A DNA stretch of 64,000 nt from Thermoplasmatales archaeon I-plasma (GCA_001856825.1 ATMD01000003.1:91796-155795); one strand, 5' to 3'; positions 27,130 through 37,621 are shown, counted from the first letter of the stretch. Notes: generated by a model not told the origin, from the sequence alone. Translations and numbers: made by a program.

Positions 27130-27461
27130 AAGTATATATACATTTAATATTTTAAAGGGCTTAAAATAGGACAATTTCATGAACATTACTCTATTATCTA
27201 TGGATCTCGTTATTTTTAGTAAAACGCTAAGAAGACTCAATAATCAGGATATACCTATAAGTCAAGCTGGAATCAATTAGACTCTATCGAGCATGGGTTG
27301 AAAGTAGATAGAAAAGTCCCTTAGGGGAGATGTCTGTTATTTTCTTTTTCTCAGTTTAGTGTTGATCTTAATCTGTGAAAGGTCAAAGACAGGGATTTGA
27401 CTGTTCCTCGTCTGGCCCTTTCAGATTGAGCCTTAAATTTCACCATTAACCTGGCGGTAAA

Positions 27462-28835
27462 TTATTTTGTTAGTAAGGGTTCACTGCTTGAAATTTCTTC
27501 TCTATGAACTTGGATATATTGACTGTTTGTTATACCTCCGAGCAGTTTGCTAATTCCAAGAATTGTTATGAATGACATGATGAATACTACTGCAATTACC
27601 ACAACCACTCCTAACTCTTCTATCCCTAGCTGTTTCAGTGCCAAGAATCCGCCTCCAAATAAAAATCCATTAGGGAGAGTTGGGTTACCTGATGCAGCCG
27701 CGAAAGAAGCCTGTGTGAAGAAAGGAATCATAGTTACCCCAAATATTCCTCCTAGGAAATGACCTGGGAACAACCCTACAGGATCAGACATCCACTTCAA
27801 TCTTGAGAAATACCTTTCACCCGCCAAGAATAAAGGCCCACCCAGAAGACCTAATATTAGTGCGCTCCCTGGACTAACAAATCCAGCGAGTGGGGTAATA
27901 ATAATTAACCCCATAAGAACACCGTTGACTGCATATAAAAGGTCAGGACTGTTTTTATTGATTAAATAGTTAAAGAGTAAAGTCGAAATCAACGAGGCGG
28001 AGGCAGCGATGAAAGTCGTGAGAACAACTACCAGGACATCATCATTAAATGCGAGGACACTTCCAGGATTGAAACCGAACCAACCTACCCATAGCAAGAG
28101 GATTGACAACGTAAGCCATCCCCTACTCATTTTTATTGGAACCTGCGGACTCTCTTTCAATCTCATTTTCTTCTCTTCTCGCCATATTTGAAGTACAATT
28201 GCTAATCCGGCCGCACCCGCAGCCGCATGAACCACTAGACCGCCTGCAAAATCCCTCATTCCCATCATGTATAACCAACCAGTTGGATTCCATATCCAGG
28301 CAGCCGGTAAGTTCCATATAATTACAAAGTAAACCACTGAAAAAATGAAAAGGGCCGAGAACTTCACCTTCTTTAGGGCAATTACACTAACTAACGCAAA
28401 TGTAACAGAAGCAAACGCAGCTTCGAACAGAAAGTACGTCCCTGTTATCAGGCCAGTTCCAAAGTAGGAAGATGTCATGGACCACCATACGCCAGATAGC
28501 AAACCAGATGATTTTGATGAGAAACCTCCGAGCAATAAACCTGGTCCGTAGAGGGGATTGCCAATTAATCCGTGAACTGTTGGCGCAAATGCCGTGTTAA
28601 ATCCTACCAATGCCATTACGAATATTGCTGTTGCTGTTATCACAAGAGTTTTTAGCAGGCTTCCCCAGAAATCTTCACCCAGTTCACCAATTTCCAATAG
28701 ACCAACTGCTATAGTCATGGTGAAAACAAGGAGCGCAGCAATAACAACCCAAAGGTTATTTGCTAAGTAATAATAATTTCCCCTAAATACAAGAGGCATT
28801 ATTTTATTCTGATTAAGGTAATTGATTAGCATCAT
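27462..28835 (-). CDS. amt: Ammonium transporter (Amt family)
   Basis: DFAGGLVVHAAAGAAGLA, WVGWFGFNPGS and FPGHFLGGIFG; about 11 TM. Confidence 0.88.
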   Translation of the reverse strand: MMLINYLNQNKIMPLVFRGNYYYLANNLWVVIAALLVFTMTIAVGLLEIGELGEDFWGSLLKTLVITATAIFVMALVGFNTAFAPTVHGLIGNPLYGPGLLLGGFSSKSSGLLSGVWWSMTSSYFGTGLITGTYFLFEAAFASVTFALVSVIALKKVKFSALFIFSVVYFVIIWNLPAAWIWNPTGWLYMMGMRDFAGGLVVHAAAGAAGLAIVLQIWREEKKMRLKESPQVPIKMSRGWLTLSILLLWVGWFGFNPGSVLAFNDDVLVVVLTTFIAASASLISTLLFNYLINKNSPDLLYAVNGVLMGLIIITPLAGFVSPGSALILGLLGGPLFLAGERYFSRLKWMSDPVGLFPGHFLGGIFGVTMIPFFTQASFAAASGNPTLPNGFLFGGGFLALKQLGIEELGVVVVIAVVFIMSFITILGISKLLGGITNSQYIQVHREEISSSEPLLTK

Positions 28836-29162
28836 ATAGGTCGAACCTCATTTAACCCGACAGTATTTTGGTATATTTGACATTTCCCCAAAGTTTGCGC
28901 TATATATCTAAAATTCCACCTGTTGAACGTGTTATTCTATAGTCCAGTAGCACGAATTTTACTGCCAATCCCTTTATTCCCTTTAAGGCACCCTAAAGCT
29001 TCCCCCCCTTTACAGCAACAATGAGACTGTTGATATCCATGCGGCAGCGCTCGCAGAAGTCATGCCTCCGTTTACAACCACTTTTATTAAATTGAAGAAG
29101 TAAATCAGACTATAACACATACCTCACTACATCGAGAACTCTGTGAGAAGGTCTTGCATTCT

Positions 29163-29948
29163 TCACAGTATGTTTGTATAAATTGAAAATCTACGAAGAG
29201 GAGCAGTCTCATTTGGAATTTTCTTCCTATTTTGGTCCTCAAACTCAACCACAAATTTAGGTGGCCCAAAAGTTTCTTCCGCAACTGGATCTGACTTGTT
29301 AAAGCTTAAAAGGTACTTCCCCTTTATATTTGAGAGGATAGATTTCAATTCTTCCAAATTTTTAGTGTCAAAAGAATCTTGATACCAGTCTTTCCCTGAA
29401 TATGGTGGGTCACAATAAAAGAAGGCTTTTGGATCATCATATTTAACAAAGAGGTCTTTAAAATCTAGATTTTCTATCGTCCATTGAGAAATTTTAGCTC
29501 TTATTGAATTATAATTCGATATCACTTTTAGAGTTTGAGTATAAGTTGACTTCTCATTATTTGTTCTGTAGGTTGATCCCATTCCACCAAAACCTATACT
29601 GAACCCATAGAAGGTTCTGAAAGCCTTATCGAGATTCGTCAAATTAATTACGCCCTTAGAGTTAAAAATCTCTTCAAACTCATGGAACTTGTTTTTATCA
29701 ACTGTCCATTTTCTCATTTGATCCAGTAGCAAATCAGGGTAGTATTTGATCACTTTAAACAGGTTGTAGAGGTCCTTATTTATATCATTGTAGATTGTTT
29801 TTGGTGAATCAATGTTTAGAGAAACTATACCAGACCCTCCAAATACATCAATGAAAGTTGTTGCTTGAGAGTCGATGAAAATCTTGCTAATTGTTGGAAT
29901 GAGGGAGCTTTTTGACCCTGGATATTTTATCAGCTTGAGATGTGGCAA
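29163..29948 (-). CDS. dam: Dam-type (D12 class) N6-adenine DNA methyltransferase, no adjacent endonuclease
   Basis: KYPGSKSSLIP, motif I FIDVFGGSGIVSL, motif IV FFYCDPPYSG. Spot counts give about 32-40% GC, lower than flanking core genes. Confidence 0.8.
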   Translation of the reverse strand: MPHLKLIKYPGSKSSLIPTISKIFIDSQATTFIDVFGGSGIVSLNIDSPKTIYNDINKDLYNLFKVIKYYPDLLLDQMRKWTVDKNKFHEFEEIFNSKGVINLTNLDKAFRTFYGFSIGFGGMGSTYRTNNEKSTYTQTLKVISNYNSIRAKISQWTIENLDFKDLFVKYDDPKAFFYCDPPYSGKDWYQDSFDTKNLEELKSILSNIKGKYLLSFNKSDPVAEETFGPPKFVVEFEDQNRKKIPNETAPLRRFSIYTNIL

Positions 29949-29963
29949 GGGAGTCAGCTCATC

Positions 29964-30395
29964 CTACTTCAATCCTTGATTCTGATAGTGTCCAGATCTT
30001 TTCTCGTATGTCTTCAAGGCTTCCTTATCCATATTTAGGAAAATCATCTGAAATACGCCCTTCTCCTTTACTATCTCAACAGTTTCGTCGCCCATATTCT
30101 TGATGTAAAATCTAATTTTCCCCCTGAATCCGGCATCGACAAAACCAAAGCTGGCAACAAGTCCTCTTCTGGCATAAGAAGATCTCAGGAACATCATAGA
30201 TCCAATGAAGCCTGGGAGAAAAACGGACTCAAGCGTTTCAACCTGGACGCCTTGGTTGGGTTCAATGATGACCTTTTCGCTAAGGCTGAAATCATAACCG
30301 TTGGGTGTCAACTTTGACTGGTCAAAAGGATCTATTGACATTGTGCCGTTTTGGATAAGGTCGAGAATGGTGCCGTCTGATATTATCATGCACAA
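29964..30395 (-). CDS. dcd: dCTP deaminase/dUTPase-family protein
   Basis: 143 aa. MIISDGTILDLIQNG...IDPFD...LTPNGYDFSL...LRSSYARRGL...VDAGFRGKI...Y..RSGHYQNQ. Confidence 0.75.
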   Translation of the reverse strand: MCMIISDGTILDLIQNGTMSIDPFDQSKLTPNGYDFSLSEKVIIEPNQGVQVETLESVFLPGFIGSMMFLRSSYARRGLVASFGFVDAGFRGKIRFYIKNMGDETVEIVKEKGVFQMIFLNMDKEALKTYEKRSGHYQNQGLK

Positions 30396-30429
30396 AGAAA
30401 ACTTTTATGTTTAAAACATTTGTCAACCG

Positions 30430-31494
30430 ATGTTTGACGAAGAAACAGAAAACGCCTTTTCAGGAGGATTCAAAATATCCGAACCTGGTGTGGCCACAAT
30501 TTTAGGACATCCAATCGTCTCCAATCTTAAAAAAGTCATTTCCTTTCCAGTATCACTCCAAATATCTTCCTTGGTGAGGAAGAATAAAAGTGTCGTATGG
30601 AAGGGTGTCAATTCTATTGAAATTCCTTTTGAAGCTTCAAAACTCTCAAACGACTGGTTTGACCCGCTCAAGATGATGACAAACATAGCTATTCAGCGAG
30701 GATGGACAAATGCTCCATATATCATGGCAAAGGAAACGTTGACGTTCAATCAGTCGCTTGGGTATTATTCTGCATTTGTAGACGTCATTGTCGAATCCTT
30801 CTCCCTTGTTAACCAAGTGAATCTGAGCATATCAGAGATGGTGCAAATAAGTGGTGAGATACAAGATAAGATCAGAGGAAGGCATAACGCTTATGAAACA
30901 CTTGCAAGAAAGCAGGGGAAGGAAGGAAGCCTTCTCTTTTACGACTCAATCTCAAACTCATATCGGAACGAGGTGGCTAGTTTGGAACCGTACTCAATGT
31001 TCCTCATTTCAGAGAACGCCTTGGATGTAAATCCAAATTTCGTTAAATTCCAGGGTAATTTTAAAAGATTCAAAGACGGAAATATGATGAGCAAGGAGCC
31101 TGGTTCGCTAGTCTTCCCTTATGTAGGGATACGGAATCATATGATGGCAGAGCAGAAGATCTTTGAAAGCGCAATCGAATTTTTGGAAGGGAATGATATT
31201 GATTCCTTCATCTCGGCCATTTCAGAATATTCAAGGTCGATAGGTTATAACCTGGGAATACTATCTGAATTTCAAAAGATTATAGCAAGGCTCCTGGAAA
31301 AATATGCCGTAAAAACATTCGTCTTTAACATTGGAGAGTATTCAGGTTCAGTTCTTGTCTTCCTTGATTCCCTAAATATTGGAAAGGTCAGGGATAATGT
31401 GATCAGGGATTATTATAATATAACGAACAGGACAATCAGGATCGATGAACTGACGATAGCCAAGGGGTCATCCAAAGAGCAGATCAGGGTTTAA
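30430..31494 (+). CDS. Hypothetical protein (354 aa), soluble, function unknown
   Basis: Long ORF with normal composition, diverging from dcd across only 34 nt. No catalytic motif recognised. Confidence 0.5.
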   Translation: MFDEETENAFSGGFKISEPGVATILGHPIVSNLKKVISFPVSLQISSLVRKNKSVVWKGVNSIEIPFEASKLSNDWFDPLKMMTNIAIQRGWTNAPYIMAKETLTFNQSLGYYSAFVDVIVESFSLVNQVNLSISEMVQISGEIQDKIRGRHNAYETLARKQGKEGSLLFYDSISNSYRNEVASLEPYSMFLISENALDVNPNFVKFQGNFKRFKDGNMMSKEPGSLVFPYVGIRNHMMAEQKIFESAIEFLEGNDIDSFISAISEYSRSIGYNLGILSEFQKIIARLLEKYAVKTFVFNIGEYSGSVLVFLDSLNIGKVRDNVIRDYYNITNRTIRIDELTIAKGSSKEQIRV

Positions 31495-31560
31495 CAGTAT
31501 TTACTGGAGAGGCATCTGAAAATTAGCAAAATATTAGTATGAACCTTCCAATGACCCATT

Positions 31561-32889
31561 ATGCCTCTTTTCGGCACCAACGGAATAAGGGGGATCTTGA
31601 ATGAAACCATTAGTCCGGAACTCGGTTATAGATTTGGAATGGCTGTTGGAACCTACTATGTTGACAAGAAAATAGCTGTAGCATACGACAATCGAACGAC
31701 TTCAGACCTTTTCAGAGATGTCGTCGTTGCAGGCTTGCTTAATTCAGGAAAAGATGTCGTCGATCTTGGTATGATACCCACTCCCGCTGCCCAGATATAT
31801 TGCAAATTGAACAACATGCCTGGTGTGATGATAACGGCATCCCACAATCCCCCAAACTTCAATGGTTTCAAGGTCATCTCAAAAGACGGTTCGAACCCCA
31901 GTAAAGGCGAAGAAGCTAAGATTGAGGGGTTAATTGAAAATGGGAACTTCAACAAATCAAGATGGGACATGGTTGGCACTTCGCAGAGGGAGGAGGCAGT
32001 GGCACCATATCTCAGGGAAATCTTGAAGAATGTCGACCAGGACCAAATTCGGAAAAAGCGTTTCAGACTACTGATAGATTGCGCAAATTCCACTACTGTA
32101 GTTACCACCCCTAGATTACTTAGATTGCTGGGGGCAAGTTATGTAAGCATAAACGCAAATACGGACTCTTACTTCCCGGGAAGGGAACCAGAGCCAACTG
32201 AGGAAAACATAAAGGACCTCATTTCATTTGCAAAGAGTACCGAATTTGATTTGTCAGTAGCTCATGATGGCGATGGCGATAGAGCGGTATTTCTTGACGA
32301 GAAGGGGGAGATGATAGACGGGGACAAGTTTGTCGCACTTGCTGCAGACCACCTACTAGACAAATATAAGGGTGACTTGGTATTTCCAGTAGCCTCAAGC
32401 TTCCTGATTGACAAGATAGCTCAAAAGCACGGCGTAAAACTGATAAGAACACCAGTTGGAGCTCCTATAATTTCAGAGGTTCTTACCAGGACAAATGGAT
32501 TGCTTGGTGGGGAAGAGAACGGGAAGGTAATTTTTCCCAGATACCTAAATGGAGGGGATGGGGGTCTTTCGCTTGCCCTCGCACTGGACATAATCTCATC
32601 CAGGGGTGCTGAAATTTCTGATTTGATAAAGGAGCTTCCTGATTACAAGTTAAGGAGAATAAAAGTCACGAATAGGGATGACTTCAAGGAAATCAAGGCA
32701 AAATTTAAGGAATACTACTCTAAAATGAATTACGACGAAATAGATGGCCTTCGGTTGCTGGAAAAGGATAGCTTCATTTTGATTAGGCCATCCGGCACTG
32801 AACCAGCTATCAGGATTTACATTAGTTCAATGGATTCTGAATGGATTGACCATAGAGAAAGGGAGATCAAGAGGCTAATTACATCATAA
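31561..32889 (+). CDS. glmM: Phosphoglucosamine/phosphohexose mutase
   Basis: GTNGIRG, TASHNPPNFNGFK (phosphoserine loop), HDGDGDR (Mg loop), GGEENGK and RPSGTEP. Confidence 0.9.
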   Translation: MPLFGTNGIRGILNETISPELGYRFGMAVGTYYVDKKIAVAYDNRTTSDLFRDVVVAGLLNSGKDVVDLGMIPTPAAQIYCKLNNMPGVMITASHNPPNFNGFKVISKDGSNPSKGEEAKIEGLIENGNFNKSRWDMVGTSQREEAVAPYLREILKNVDQDQIRKKRFRLLIDCANSTTVVTTPRLLRLLGASYVSINANTDSYFPGREPEPTEENIKDLISFAKSTEFDLSVAHDGDGDRAVFLDEKGEMIDGDKFVALAADHLLDKYKGDLVFPVASSFLIDKIAQKHGVKLIRTPVGAPIISEVLTRTNGLLGGEENGKVIFPRYLNGGDGGLSLALALDIISSRGAEISDLIKELPDYKLRRIKVTNRDDFKEIKAKFKEYYSKMNYDEIDGLRLLEKDSFILIRPSGTEPAIRIYISSMDSEWIDHREREIKRLITS

Positions 32890-32940
32890 TTTAGGTGAGA
32901 CGATACAAAATCCTTATATTTTCACGATAACTTTGTATTT

Positions 32941-33306
32941 ATGCAAATAGGAATAGAAGGTGTCGTTAAAAAAGCCGGTCAAAGGATCAAAACAATTTCA
33001 GAGGTCTTCTATCCTCCAATAGACATTTCAGAAGAAGGAGAAGAAATACACATCTACCTAGATCTCCCTGGATTCAAAAAGGAAGATGTGAAAATACTTA
33101 GTACAAAAACAGGGCTAAAGGTTTCGGGTAGCAGGAAGAAGAATATAAAAGGAAAGCTGCTTTATGAAGAAAGGGTCGAAGAGTTTTCCAAGTTCATCAG
33201 GATAAGCAGTGAATTTGATTCTGATTCCATAAAGGCTTCCATGGACGATGGAGTTCTAGACATAGTAGTAAGGAGAAAGGAAGTAAAAACAGTACCTATA
33301 AATTAG
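32941..33306 (+). CDS. hsp20: Small heat-shock protein (Hsp20/alpha-crystallin)
   Basis: DISEEGEEIHIYLDLPGFKKEDVKI...FSKFIRI...IKASMDDGVLDIVV. Confidence 0.8.
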   Translation: MQIGIEGVVKKAGQRIKTISEVFYPPIDISEEGEEIHIYLDLPGFKKEDVKILSTKTGLKVSGSRKKNIKGKLLYEERVEEFSKFIRISSEFDSDSIKASMDDGVLDIVVRRKEVKTVPIN

Positions 33307-34834
33307 CCCTGAAAGAAAGCGCTGCAAATATCGCTCCACCTGCAAACAATATTATGCCGTAGATTGTACTGGTTATCAGAATGGCACCTGATATAAGAAA
33401 ACCGCTTGCAATTATAGCACTTGAGTAATTTGGCCTCTTCTTCACTTCTTTTGGTCTGTTTGCATTCTTTATAAGGTCAGGTAGGCTGATATAGTCCGAC
33501 ACTACCTTTTGGATTCTCTGTGGGAGGTCCAGGAGCCTTCTCTTAAGAATCTTGAAGGCTGCCTTCTCTTCCTTCATTATTTCCGCAACTACGCTTATGA
33601 AGTTGAAGTCCTTATCAAGGGTCTTGCATACTCCATCTAGGATGACGGACATTCTCGCAAATAGCGCAAGGTTGTACGGAAGTCTAAAAGGGAACCTAAA
33701 TAGAACCGTGTTTGCTTTGTGTACAAGTTCCTGATATTCCATCTTGCTGATTTCCTTACCTTCAAGGTCCCGGAATATCGTGGTTAGTACTTGCTCCATG
33801 AAGACCTTGTCAGCAAGGGGATCAACAAGGTCAATATCCACAAGGACACTCAAGAGGTGTCTAGCATCGAGAGTGGAAAGGTAATAATATCCTGTAAGAA
33901 GTTTGTCCCTCATATTCTCAGGAAGTTCAGAGGTCATGCCATAGTCAAGTAGAACGATCTTGTTCCCCTTGTTCCATCCTAAATTACCTGGATGTGGATC
34001 AGCGTGGAACCGTCCCTCCCTAAGGGCAAGCCTCAAGAACATTTCGTCGATTATCCTTGCTATTTTGGCGAGATTTGCACCGTTAGACCTCAATTCATCT
34101 ACGTCCGTAATTTTAATGAAGTCCATGTATTCCATCACAAGAACTTTTGAAGTGGAAATATCCTTGTAGACTTTAGGTACCATTACTTCCAATTCCAGGT
34201 CCAATTCACTTATCTTATCGGCTATGATGCCTATAGACTCAGCTTCCCTTTTGTAATCAAGCTCGAGTTCCAGACTAGAGAGGAATTGTTCTGCGAAGGC
34301 AGATAGGGAAAACGTCTTTCCAGTAAAACGCTCGAGGAGAGCAACGAATGCAGTGACCTTCTCCTTGTCTTTTCTTATTGTTTCCCTAATATTCGGTCTG
34401 TTCACCTTAACAGCAACATCATTTCCTTTATACTTTGCCTTGTAAACAAGTCCTAAACTAGCTCCAGATATGCCTGTTTCATCAAACTCATCAAATACTT
34501 CCTTTATATTCCCGATCTCTTCCTCTATCAGCGTTCTAACAGGCTCAAAAGGCGGCATTGGCACGGAGTCCTGAAGCTCAGTAAGAACCTGTACATACTC
34601 TTCAGGAACAACATCCCTCCTTGACGAAAGGACCTGGCCCAGTTTTATGAACAAAGGACCAGACTTAATCATAGCATCCCTGAGTTTTATGGCCTCTCTA
34701 ACGCTACGCTGCCTTTCTGGTGGCTTTCCGGTCCTTTCAAGAACTCGTTGATAGTATCTGAGGTATCTTGCTCTTGGGTAGTATTTGACTGCAATTCCTA
34801 TCCCCTGAATTCGACCTAGCAAAGTCATTGACAC
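33296..34834 (-). CDS. ubiB: ABC1/UbiB-family atypical kinase with C-terminal TM segments
   Basis: LGPLFIKLGQVLSSRRDVVPEEY, ASLGLVYKA, VAVKVNRPNI and FHADPHPGNL. Confidence 0.85.
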   Translation of the reverse strand: MSMTLLGRIQGIGIAVKYYPRARYLRYYQRVLERTGKPPERQRSVREAIKLRDAMIKSGPLFIKLGQVLSSRRDVVPEEYVQVLTELQDSVPMPPFEPVRTLIEEEIGNIKEVFDEFDETGISGASLGLVYKAKYKGNDVAVKVNRPNIRETIRKDKEKVTAFVALLERFTGKTFSLSAFAEQFLSSLELELDYKREAESIGIIADKISELDLELEVMVPKVYKDISTSKVLVMEYMDFIKITDVDELRSNGANLAKIARIIDEMFLRLALREGRFHADPHPGNLGWNKGNKIVLLDYGMTSELPENMRDKLLTGYYYLSTLDARHLLSVLVDIDLVDPLADKVFMEQVLTTIFRDLEGKEISKMEYQELVHKANTVLFRFPFRLPYNLALFARMSVILDGVCKTLDKDFNFISVVAEIMKEEKAAFKILKRRLLDLPQRIQKVVSDYISLPDLIKNANRPKEVKKRPNYSSAIIASGFLISGAILITSTIYGIILFAGGAIFAALSFRANL

Positions 34835-35055
34835 CTTAGGGAGTTCCTAATTATAAGAATATGTTATTGCCGCTTTCCAATACATCCTTTAGCGAATCGT
34901 ACGTTGAATGATTGAAATCGCCTTTAAATGAAGTAGAAAACTTAAATTATTGGGAATATGGAGGTATATGCTAAAAGAGGAGCAATTTCCTGCCGGTTAT
35001 GCCGGTACATTAAATGAACGCTTGTCACGCCGCAGTTCATTAACGGTGTTACCTC

Positions 35056-36300
35056 TTGCTAGATAGGAAAGGCATCTTCTCTGACTTCTCGGGAATCTCC
35101 AGGAATTCAAAATTACTTATAGTTGGAAGTTTTTTCGGGAACCTGGCCCTTGGACTAGTATTTACGGACTTGTCATATTTTCTCCACACTGTTAGGGGCT
35201 TGTCAATCGTATATGCAGGCCTACTTTTTACTATGGAAGGTATCGTAGCATCCATCCTATCTATTCCGTTAGGGCTCCTTTCCGATAGGAGAGGAAGGAA
35301 AGGTGTGATAATATACGGGAACGTAGCACTTGGAATCGGAATCATAGTTCTTTCCCTTGCAACTTCAATGTATCTGCTGATAATTGTGGCACTAATCGTT
35401 GGAGCCGGAGATGCAGCATTCAGCAGTTCCCAGGGTGCACTGCTTTCTGAATTGTCCTCCACTGAAAAGAGGACGGCAGCATTCTCACTAAACTCTCTTA
35501 TGCAAAACGGGGCGTGGGCAGGTGGAGGGTTCGTGATATACCTTGTTTCCCCCCTTACTCAATTCGGAGTAAGCACGCTAGATGCACATTTATTTCTTTA
35601 TGTTGCTCTTGGAATTGCCACTATAGCCTCTACCGTCTTCTTCCTTGGCATTTATGAAAGCAAAGGTAGGGTCAATAAAGAGAGGAGGGAAAATATGACA
35701 TCAAAGACAAAGGATGTTTTGACAAAATACACACTTTCTAACGTAGGTATTGCTGTCGGTGCAGGTCTGTTCATTCCCCTCATGAGCCAGTGGTTCAATT
35801 ATAAATTTCAGGTTCCAGATACGACCAGCGGGCCTGTTCTTGGCCTTTCCAGCGGCTTGCTTGCATTATCCGCTCTGCTCGCTCCTGCTCTTGGAAGGAG
35901 AATGGGTATGATAAATGCAATGGTGATAACAATGCTAGCTTCAACTGCGTTCATGGTTATGATTCCATTTGCTGGGAGTTTTGGACTTTCAGCTGCATTC
36001 TTCATATTCAGGTCACTGTTGATGAATGTCTCGGGCCCCTTGTCAACGTCACTCATAATGGGCATAATTCCCAGTAATCAGAGGGGCGTAGCATCTGGAA
36101 TCACTAGCATTTTTTTCAGAATGCCTAACTCATTTTCAACGTATCCCGGGTCAATATTGTTGAAGGAAGGTAGATACAGTCTCCCATTTGAAATAGCCGC
36201 CTTTTTGTACATAGTTTCTATAATCTCGTTTTACATATGGTTCAGGCGAGTAAAGATTCCTGAAGATTCGCCGTCGGATGTGGCTACCGCCATTCATTAA
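35056..36300 (+). CDS. MFS transporter
   Basis: 414 aa with about 12 TM and an MFS loop motif GLLSDRRGRKG. Confidence 0.75.
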   Translation: MLDRKGIFSDFSGISRNSKLLIVGSFFGNLALGLVFTDLSYFLHTVRGLSIVYAGLLFTMEGIVASILSIPLGLLSDRRGRKGVIIYGNVALGIGIIVLSLATSMYLLIIVALIVGAGDAAFSSSQGALLSELSSTEKRTAAFSLNSLMQNGAWAGGGFVIYLVSPLTQFGVSTLDAHLFLYVALGIATIASTVFFLGIYESKGRVNKERRENMTSKTKDVLTKYTLSNVGIAVGAGLFIPLMSQWFNYKFQVPDTTSGPVLGLSSGLLALSALLAPALGRRMGMINAMVITMLASTAFMVMIPFAGSFGLSAAFFIFRSLLMNVSGPLSTSLIMGIIPSNQRGVASGITSIFFRMPNSFSTYPGSILLKEGRYSLPFEIAAFLYIVSIISFYIWFRRVKIPEDSPSDVATAIH

Positions 36301-36409
36301 ACTCTGTTATATGAGTTGACATGCTAACATAAAGAAGACAGTTGCTTCTTCATTTCGATTTAAAAATGAAAAGTTATTATCTCACTCAACATATGGGTAA
36401 AAGGTTCAA

Positions 36410-37621
36410 ATGGAAACCTTGACTTTGGTTGGCTGCCAGTTTGGAGATGAAGGTAAAGGGAAAATTATTGATTACCTTTCAAAGGACTTCGATATTACAG
36501 TAAGATTTAATGGTGGTGAGAATGCAGGACATACTGTGGTGATCGGAGATCAGACCATCAAATATCACTTGATTCCTGCTGGGTTTCTCGGCTCAAAAAC
36601 TGTGGTAGTTGCCAAAGGGGTAGTTATAAACATCAGACGAATGAAAGAGGAGATAGAGCTCCTAAGCAAGTTTCGCAGGAATTTTGACCTTAAAGTCTCT
36701 GACCTGTCGCATGTCGTTACAGAACTGCATTTCAAGCGCGATAGCGAAATAGAGCAAATGAGGGGTGCAGGAAGGATCGGGACGACCCTAAAGGGCATTG
36801 GTCCTGCGTATGAATCAAAATATGGAAGATATGGCATCAGGTTGACAGATCTCACTAATAGGGCAGACCTGAAGGATCATCTCACGCTAATGAGCCAAAT
36901 ATATCATATACCTTTTGAAGACGGTTACGTAGATACCCTGATGGCAGATTATGAATCTATCAAGAAATATGTCTGCGACACGCGTGAATATCTCGAGGAT
37001 TCCATAAATGAGGGAAAAAGCGCGTTATTTGAAACTGCAAATGGTACATTTATTGATATAGACTCAGGAACCTATCCGTATGTAACATCTTCTTACACTA
37101 CATCAGCCGGAGTGACAGTTGGAACTGGTCTATCTCCCCGGTATTTTAATAAGTTTATAGGCGTAGCAAAGGCATATACGACAAGAGTAGGGGAGGGGAT
37201 ATTTCCTACTGAGATGTTTGGGGAAGAGGCAGATAGACTTAGAACCCTAGGAAACGAATTTGGAACAACTACTGGTCGCCCTAGACGTGTAGGACATCTT
37301 GACTTGCCGATGTTGCGAAGAGCGGTTAGACTGAATTCACTTGACTATCTGGCGCTCACAAAGGTAGACATACTGGGAAAGATGAGCTCTATAAAAGTTG
37401 CAGTTTCGTACGAATATGATGGGAAGGAGGTCAAAGAATTCAATCCATCAAGGAAACCGGACAAGGTGAACTATGAGAATTTCAATCAATGGGGGAAGGG
37501 GAAATCAAATTTGCGTGACTATATTGGGTTGATAGAAGACGAACTGAAAGTTCCAGTCGTAATGGTTGGCATAGGCGAAAAGAGGGATGCAATAGAGGTT
37601 TATCAAAGAGTCTCCGTTTAG
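36410..37621 (+). CDS. purA: Adenylosuccinate synthetase
   Basis: GCQFGDEGKGKIIDYL, NGGENAGHTV, GTTLKGIGPAY and GTTTGRPRRVG. Confidence 0.93.
   Translation: METLTLVGCQFGDEGKGKIIDYLSKDFDITVRFNGGENAGHTVVIGDQTIKYHLIPAGFLGSKTVVVAKGVVINIRRMKEEIELLSKFRRNFDLKVSDLSHVVTELHFKRDSEIEQMRGAGRIGTTLKGIGPAYESKYGRYGIRLTDLTNRADLKDHLTLMSQIYHIPFEDGYVDTLMADYESIKKYVCDTREYLEDSINEGKSALFETANGTFIDIDSGTYPYVTSSYTTSAGVTVGTGLSPRYFNKFIGVAKAYTTRVGEGIFPTEMFGEEADRLRTLGNEFGTTTGRPRRVGHLDLPMLRRAVRLNSLDYLALTKVDILGKMSSIKVAVSYEYDGKEVKEFNPSRKPDKVNYENFNQWGKGKSNLRDYIGLIEDELKVPVVMVGIGEKRDAIEVYQRVSV

Noticed and set aside
28985-29085. GC-rich island (including a C7 run) in the amt/dam intergenic region as a small structured RNA
   Set aside because: I could not fold a convincing hairpin set or find C/D (RUGAUGA/CUGA) or H/ACA boxes on either strand. 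Left unresolved rather than called.
29964-30395. dCTP deaminase as a nucleotide-depletion defence gene
   Set aside because: It is only 143 aa with no extra sensor or kinase domain, and its composition is near the genome norm. It fits a housekeeping Dcd/Dut.
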